A DNA stretch of 60,339 nt, filler included, from Sphacelaria rigidula (taxonomy: Eukaryota), in assembly GCA_964200075.2 (NCBI GenBank). It is 9 parts of 9 records of this genome, joined end to end, with 100 filler letters (N's around TTAATTAATTAA, not from the genome) between each part and the next. Parts side by side here need not be neighbours in the genome. Positions count along the whole stretch, not along the records: positions 47,010 to 53,624 come from CAXNAA020019045.1; positions 53,725 to 60,339 come from CAXNAA020019046.1; 7 more parts are not named here. One strand, given 5' to 3'. The position numbers and the translations under genes are program-made. Positions 52,941 through 60,339 of this stretch are shown here, piece by piece (the stretch's first letter is position 1; each line of letters opens with the position of its first letter). The notes below the pieces were generated by a model that was not told the DNA's origin, did not search any database, and worked only from the letters and a program-made list of their open reading frames with translations.

Positions 52941-53582
52941 TCCTTGTACCTCTAACGGAACAGCCATATGTGCGAATATACTAGGCATGACAAGAAAAGC
53001 ACCATACAAAAACACATCACCTCGAGGGGGGCAAGGTTCATCGAAGACAGCAATTACCGGTAGTAAGGAAACAGGAAGACATGGGGTAGATGATGTGCAG
53101 TCCTGAGTCCTGCCACCTCCGCCATGTTCAGCTTGGTACAAGCTGGCTAAACGTTCTTCCATCTCATTCCTGCTCTCCTCGGTCGCACTAGTATGGTATC
53201 CTCGATTTGAACATTTTTTTGCTTTTCCCCTGTATACCCCCTCTCTCTTCTGAGCCATCGTCACTGTAACTACAATGGGAAATTGTTGAGGCAACATTTC
53301 TAGTTAAATGTGTTTATAGTCTAGGGGATTCAACATATGTCAAGGAGAAACAAGGGCGTCCATAATAGGACGAAATCGAAAATCAGGAGTATTGCACCTG
53401 CACAACAGCACGCAAAGAAGACACAGTCGGTAGCCATCGCGTCACGTCTTCAACTTTTTGTCGACAGCACTTTGTGTCCACCCCAATTCTGTACAGACCG
53501 GAACACAGCCGCAGAACGAACAGGAACACATGCAATCTTCAGCACAAGTCAAACTGTGTTCGTCGGGTTCAAACGCACCACA

Positions 53583-53585
<3 letters not shown>

Positions 53586-53624
<39 letters not shown>
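53586..53624. repeat. (TG)n microsatellite at contig end
   Basis: Seen directly. Confidence 0.95.
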
Positions 53625-53724
53625 NNNNNNNNNNNNNNNNNNNNNNNNNNNNNNNNNNNNNNNNNNNNTTAATTAATTAANNNNNNNNNNNNNNNNNNNN
53701 NNNNNNNNNNNNNNNNNNNNNNNN

Positions 53725-53793
53725 CTCCGTCCCGGCTTTGCAGGGATGCGAGGTCAATGGTTTTCTGACTATGGCATGCATGATCATGAGTAC
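53725..53793 (+). mobile_element. C-SINE 3' tail at contig start
   Basis: CTCCGTCCCGGCTTTGCAGGGATGCGAGGTCAATGG...GCATGATCATGAGTAC. Confidence 0.8.
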
Positions 53794-54769
53794 ACCAACA
53801 GGCCCCTCCCAGAACTTGAGGTAGCGAGGTCGTACAAAGCGCAACGCCGCAGAAACTCGGTGTGACTCAGCTGTTTAGGGACCACATTACAGTATTTGGG
53901 CAGGAACCCTCACCCGCCGGCTCTGCAGGAGCGAGAGACTGGGAGACGAATACGGAGTTATGCTACGGTAGGGCTGCACAAATATTTGATGAGTTTAGAA
54001 TTCTTAGGTGCCCTTGATTTCATGCAAAACACCACTTACGAAAATATGTGAAAGTACGCCAGGACTACTACTCCAATGTGCTGGGGATATCCCGAATGGA
54101 TTTGCAAAGGGGGATGCCCTGATCCATATTCTTGCGCATTTAAAATCGTTAGGAGCCCCTGAAGTGGACACTATGTCGCGAAAAAAGTGCGTCCCTACCG
54201 TAGCATTGCTCTACTGTGGAATCTGGCAATCTCGATCCCACGATCTTAGACAAAATGTTCAGGTCTTCGAACACCCGTTTCCTTGCACTCCCCGACTTCT
54301 AGAGGGGTTGATACTGTCCCAGACGCAGAATTTCAGATTTGAGAGCGGGAATGTAAAGAAGGGTACTGATGAAAAATGGGAAAAAGCTGATACTACTACC
54401 ACTGCTGGAGGGCACACACGCCCTACCCTGCAATTGTAGGGGGTGCCCTCCAGGCGAAAATCAAGTCGCTGCCGTTGCTAAAAGCTCCGTCGACTAAATA
54501 TTCGGGGAGAAATACAGGGAAGTCACACATCATATCATCATCATCATCATCATCAACAACAACAACAGCAGTAGGGTTTGTTTGGAAACAGGCCCCTGTC
54601 GCGTCTTGTTTTGTCCTAAGGAAAGGTGTACAGCAAGCTCGTCAAAGAACGATCCCTGGGGTTTTACCCCGAGAATTTCGACTGAACGTTGTGTGCTGTA
54701 GAGCTGAAATACATTTTCTACACAGATTTTCTACGCCCGTCATACCTTCAACTTCTTCCCTTCTCCCTC

Positions 54770-55266
54770 TTGAGGGTTGGCGTCTATTAGCGACGACCCT
54801 GTAAACACGCCACTCACTGCGTCAGGTAGGCAACGAGGGTGTCGCTTCTCTTCTCAATTGCGTTTTTTTTTCGGAAACCATGATGGTGGTCGAGGTAGAT
54901 CCTGTTGTGCGTCGTGGCAGAACCTCAACTCCGCACAATGGGGATGACCGTACCACGTAGTGTTAATATGGTTAGACTCCCATGTGACAGTGTGTAATCC
55001 TTGGCTGTCTCTGGGAATGGCGATACCAAAATGAAGTAAGTTACTGCATGCTGCCATCCATATGCAGGATCATTTGTACCCTTTGGGCCGATCAATCTTA
55101 GCAGGATGCAGCCCACTCTTCACGCGACTCGCCAAGCAGATCTCGGCGCTTCGCGCTCGGCGATTGATTGCGAGTCCGGCCCGGCGAAAATCCGGCGTGC
55201 TCCGTCCCGGTTGTAGGGATGCGAGGTCAATGGTCTTATGACTTCGGCATGCAAGATCATGATTAC
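54770..55266 (+). mobile_element. Full-length C-SINE copy
   Basis: Colinear with 28404-28890 and 29727-30238; followed by ACCCCCCCCCCTCC. Confidence 0.85.
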
Positions 55267-55578
55267 ACCCCCCCCCCTCCGATCACGAAAAGAAAGTTCA
55301 CCTCGAGTCAGATCAAGCCATCTCCCCTCCGGTACATCCCTGACATTTTCATATCGAGGGTTGTATCAGCAGTCTTGCACCTCATCAATTCGCAAACTTC
55401 TCGTACTACTCATGTCCTCAGGCTTCCAACACCAGACAGAAATCAGAAAATTTTCGGAACAAAAAACGCCTACGAATATCTGCCGGGATTCGAACCCTTG
55501 ATCTTGTGTCTCATCTGGCGATTATTGTTGTGTCAGTCAACATAGACCGCCAGGACGCCGCACAGTGATGGTGCGATA

Positions 55579-55720
55579 TGCGGGGGGGGGGTGTGCTCAT
55601 GATCATGCATGCCATAGTGATAAGACCATTGCGGGGGGGGGCGGGGGGGGCGTAGTTGCTCGCTCTAGTCGTTTCAACGTTGACCACGCGCCCCTTTCGA
55701 GACGGAGGAGGGGAGGGGGG
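55579..55720 (-). mobile_element. Stacked 5'-truncated tails of C-SINE (55593-55629) and C-tract LINE (55652-55707) within G-runs
   Basis: TGCGGGGGGGGG directly repeated on both sides of the SINE tail; the LINE tail is bounded by G8 and GGAGGGAGGGGGGG. Confidence 0.8.
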
Positions 55721-55932
55721 GCGATTCCAGGACAAACATCGGCTCAAAGGTGTGTCAGATCGTTCATTTCTTCGCGGTGCGTTTGTACTTGGGTGAAAGC
55801 GGTGTCCAGTAGTATGATTCAGTGTGCTTTACAGTAAACAAGCGCGTTCGAACAACTGTTTCTGCTTTCAACGACCATATGAGGTGGAATTTCGTGGAAG
55901 AAATGGCCCCAAAATACCCCTCCCCCCCCCCT

Positions 55933-57559
55933 CGTAGCATCTTTCTGGACGTACGAAACACTTGTGACACAGTATGGAGAAATGGGCTGTGGAAAAAATT
56001 GTGGGAAACTGGGATCAGAGGAAAGATGTAGAGAAGGGTAAAGATAATAGACTGTGCCAAAAGTGCTATGATGCTAGACGGGGAAATATCGAAATATATT
56101 TGGATATTTTACAAGGAGTTGCACAAGGATGTACGTGGTCACCCACTCTATTCAAGGTATTCACCAATGACCTGATAGTAGCAATAGAACCAGCAAAGCA
56201 ATGGATCAAGGTAGGTGAAGATATGGTATCAGGATTGATGTTCGCGGATGGTTTTGTCGGAGTATCAGGAACACCAGAAGAATTGAAGGAACAAATAGAT
56301 CAGGCGCTAGAATACACCAGGAAATGGAGAGTGATAACAAACGTCAACAAATGCGCGATACTCGTATGTAGCGAAGATAAGAAACATCCGGTAGAGTTCA
56401 AATAGAAGTGGGGAGGAAAGGAACCGCCGATCGTAAACTAGTACGCATACCTTGGCGTACAGATCTCAAAAACGGTTCTTGGGATGCACACATATACGAA
56501 GTAATAGAAAACGGTAAGGCGCAGATAGGCAGGATGGACGTGATCCTCGGAGAGTCGCACCTAGGTACTAGGATTAAAAGTTTTAACCTGATGAACGTGA
56601 TTGTAACAAAGGAGGAATATGCAGGAGAAGTATGAGAGGGGAACGTAAAGTTGGCGAAGAAGTTGGAAGCAGTACAGGTGGCAGCATCTAAGAAAGTACT
56701 TGGGTGCTCGAAAACGACGAGTAATACAGTATTGAGAGCAGAGTTGGGAATGTACTCACTTGAAACTAACAGAGGCATAAGAAAACTGAGATGACAATAT
56801 CGCGTAAAGAACTTGCAGAGAGAGAGATTGCCAGCCATAGTTGATAGGGCTGTATGAAAGAAGAATACGAAAGGGCAGGTTGGAAAAAGGTGGGATAGAG
56901 AAGTCGAGAAAATATGAAAAGAGATAGGAGGAAACCAAGACAAAATACTACAAGACAAAAGTGAGAGACACGATAGAAATAAGGGGGAAAGAAGCGCTCA
57001 GACGCAAAGTAGACGAGGAAAAACACCTGGAGGTAGACGGGGGGTTGAGAGAGGGGATAGGGATGAAAGCATGTCTGTATGGCCCCGAGGACGCGGCGAA
57101 ATTTTTGAAACTGTGATTTCGGGTGGGGGACCTGGACCTGCCAGGAAGAAAAAAGAGGTGTACCAGTAGACGAGAGGAGGAAGAAATAGGTGCACATAAT
57201 TATCCCTGTGGCAACGCAATAGAGAGCAGAAGTCATATCGTTGCAGAATGTGAACTATACAAGGAGGGACGGGACGTGCTAGAGGGGGAAATGCGGGACG
57301 TCAAAGAAGTTGGCATGAAATCGTCTGATGCATTAGACAGTAGCAAGAAAACGATGGCTATACTAAGAGATAGATGGTGGCCGCAGACGGCGAAACAGGA
57401 CGGAGATAAGATATGTAATTTTCATGTATAGTGTATGGAAGCAACGTGATGAGCACCGGGATGTTAGAGGTGCCTCTATTAGGAGTAGGAACAGTGCTCC
57501 ATCTCGAAAGGGGTGCATGGTCAACAGTCAGACGACTAAGGCAAGCAACAAATGAGTAC
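55933..57559 (+). mobile_element. 5'-truncated, decayed non-LTR retrotransposon (LINE) ORF2: reverse transcriptase + C-terminal Cys/His domain
   Basis: FLDV..TCDTVWRNGLWKKLW, GVAQGCTWSPTLFKVF.NDL, LMFADG (YADD-like), KWRVITNVNKCAIL, YLGV and PCG.AIESRSHIVAEC, with several stops and frameshifts. Flanked by C-runs on both sides. Confidence 0.92.
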
Positions 57560-57828
57560 ACCTCCCCCCCCACCCCTATCGTAGCAGTGCTGCGCAGCAC
57601 TGTATATACCTCGTATGTCGCAATTGGCAGGGCATACGAATCCTGGGTAATAAAAAAGACACACTCCGGAGACGATGTTACCGATTCCCAGCACAAACAA
57701 CCGATATCAAAAAGGGGTCAGCGAAGCGATACTTTCCTTCTTCCATAAGCAAATTTTATCTTGGATGAGTTTATTCTTAAGAATTGAGGTCTAACCCTGC
57801 GCCGCTATCTTTACGGTATTGAGTAAAA

Positions 57829-58030
57829 ACAGGAGATCCCGAAGAATGAGAACGAAATTTTCCTATGAGAGTGAACAGAGGTCGAAATTTTATATCCTTT
57901 TGAACCTAGTACCCGTCAAAGCTTGCCGTCAAGGCACGTTTGATGGGTACTAGGTTCAATGTCATGTACAACTTCGACCTCAGTATGCTTCTATGGAAAA
58001 TTTTCGTTTCCATTTTTCAGGGTCGTCTGT
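57829..58030. mobile_element. Palindromic MITE-like element, ~200 bp
   Basis: Complementary pairs TTGAACCTAGTACCCGTCAAA / TTTGATGGGTACTAGGTTCAA, GAGGTCGAA / TTCGACCTC and AACGAAATTTTCC / GGAAAATTTTCGTT. Confidence 0.75.
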
Positions 58031-60339
58031 GACTAGCTCTTGTCTTCGACACAATCGTCTTTGCTGGGAGTGATACCGCGATAGGCTCCTCCAAAACCAG
58101 CCCCAAAACTAACACGACAAATATCGCCATACAGTGCATGGTACCTGGTTTCAGCCTCGCATGAAGCCCCTCATATGGGCGACATTGGCGAAAACTATCC
58201 CAAGCATGGAAGGTCCCAGCTGCTCGGTGTGCTCGGCTCCTGTCATTTTAGTGTACATGTAGAGTTTCCTTCCTCATACCAGCCATTAATCCGGGGGGGG
58301 CTATCGCGTCATCACGCAGGAGTGTGTTTCCCTATTCAACTAGCGTCATCGCGCCATACAAAAGTCAATTCACTCCAAAGATGGCACCATGACGGTCGAC
58401 GACGTTGGTCATTAGCCAAGGCAACAGTTTCAACAAATAATCGTCGTAGACTGTTCCAAGATATTTGATTCCACCAGAAAAAGGAAACGACGAGATACGA
58501 AGAAACGCTGAACATCATAAGTGGAACATGGCACACATGATACGCGCACAAATAAACATTCGACCTTAGGGTTAGGGTTAGCCTCACCCTAAGATACGCG
58601 CACACATAAATATTCGTCATGACCCATGCTTCGGTCGCCGGGTGCCCACTGCAACACTACAACACGCCCGAGCAAGTCGCCAACAGCCCACTCTGGCAAA
58701 ATCACGCAACACAATGAACCGGATCCCATCGGATCGCAAACGGACTCACGAGTACAAAAAAAACAAAGAAGTCTCGCCGGCACGAAAATCAGTTTTCGAC
58801 GTACGCCCTTTCCAGCAGCCCCGCGCTGCTGAAAAAACTTGGGCAGATAATGTATCCAAACATATTTCGACGAGCGCGTGTACTGCCACTGCATAGCCAT
58901 ATGCGTCAGTCGCAATCTGCGGATCACTCTGAACCTTACAGGAACAAGTCGCTGCCAATACGTTCTTCAGGGCATGCCAATAATTTCACTTGCTTTTTCT
59001 GCGAAGATCTCGTTCTGTTTCGCTGGCCGACCCCGAGTAAATTGAACGATGCCTGCCACAATTGGAACACGCTTGCGCTCCCCACATACCGCGGTACTGT
59101 AGTTGGCAAGCGGACAGGATACGTATCGACACAACCCGAGCGTCAAAAGACGCATCTGATCGTCTTGAGCTCACGTCCCCTGCACGATTTTGCGTTGACC
59201 CCACGTTTCTGATGCCCCGGGGCTATGTCATCGGAGGCAGCTGTCACACAAAACATGGAAGCCGCGGTGCTAGTACGGCAGTACTGGTAAGCTACATCAT
59301 GAAACAGATGGCATTTTGATGGTACCCCTAACACATAATCATCGGAGATGGCAGACTTGCGATGCGTACCTGGAAAGCCTCAGTGCTAGTAGGGCAACAC
59401 TGGCCAACACCGAGACACCACACAACATTGGCTTCTCTACACCTGCGACAATCTGTAAGCTCACACTTCGGTTTGCTTACGTATCAAACAAGAACGCTGA
59501 AACATTCGGCGCAGGCCATCACATCATTTCCACCCCCGGCAGCGACCTCCGAGCAACGCAAAAAGCGCGACACGGTCACGAACGTCAACCATCTAACACC
59601 ATCACCAACAGAGTAAGCGAAAAAAAGGTACCAAGGCGCCAATATTTGCTTGTAAACGATACAAGAGTCCCATGTGGAATGAAAACACACAAAAAATTAA
59701 CCAATGAAATAACAACAAAGCAACATTGATAGAACGACATGGGCAACCATAGCCTGATCCGCGGCATGCTGACAATCATACCGTACAGAAAAAAATCCGG
59801 TATTCGGAGCTTCCCCGGGATAAATCGTCGCCTTGGTCTACCCTTCATCACGTCCCCAAGGTATCGCGAATTCGTCCACGTATCCTACGAACGCTGCCAA
59901 AAAAATGGGACGTGGGCTCGAAAAAAACATAGAACGTCGCGGTATGGCCTGCGGCCGCAACTTGAGGTCAAATCGATGGCGACCTTGTCGCAGCTCGACT
60001 TAGCCAACATGTGCGTAGCCAAGGAGTGTCAGATCTCTTGGTTCTTGCATACAGAGACACACATATACCCCCCTCGAATTTCTGGCCCTAGGGCTCTTGT
60101 TAACGAGGCAATTTGTTCAGATTTATCTCCTTATTTTTTCCGACTTTTGTTTCCCCCCGACTTTTCCCCAGAACAGAATGCTGGAAAAAACTCCGACGCT
60201 TAATCCTCGGAAAAATCTGTAGTCCGCCTCAAATTAATGTATTCCCTGACCTGGTAAAAAATCTTGGGCAATATACAAAAAAGGGTACACCCTTAGGCTT
60301 TTGGAGCAAAAAAGGGTGGCGCATTTTTCGCTCTGGGGC

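Noticed and set aside
58566..58592. Telomere (TTAGGG repeats; also CCCTAA-like at 15527-15549)
   Set aside because: Only 2-4 degenerate internal units, not at a contig end.

Overview
This is eukaryotic nuclear DNA, most likely a stramenopile and probably a brown alga. That call is inferred from the stramenopile-type histone H3 (FQGSAVL...ERS), the GT-AG intron-rich genes and the repeat landscape. The window is not a contiguous locus. It is nine unrelated contigs of 6616 or 6615 bp, sorted by length and joined by 100-bp N44-TTAATTAATTAA-N44 linkers. Genes: a head-to-head histone H1 (3 exons, minus) and H3 (intronless, plus) pair that share a conserved 3' hairpin; a large exon of an RGG/CCCH zinc-finger protein; a multi-exon gene for an unknown protein; and one mitochondrial-carrier exon. 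Much of the rest is transposon debris: a decayed LINE, a Ty3/Gypsy pol remnant, tRNA-derived SINEs and many palindromic MITEs (TWA and TA target duplications, one nested). Best lead 1: a LINE and a ~500-bp non-autonomous partner whose 3' ends (about 12 copies on six contigs) stop at ATGAGTAC and abut poly(C) tracts instead of poly(A), suggesting homopolymer-targeted retrotransposition. Best lead 2: a variant histone mRNA 3' stem-loop with a 5-nt loop, shared by H3 and an intron-containing H1.
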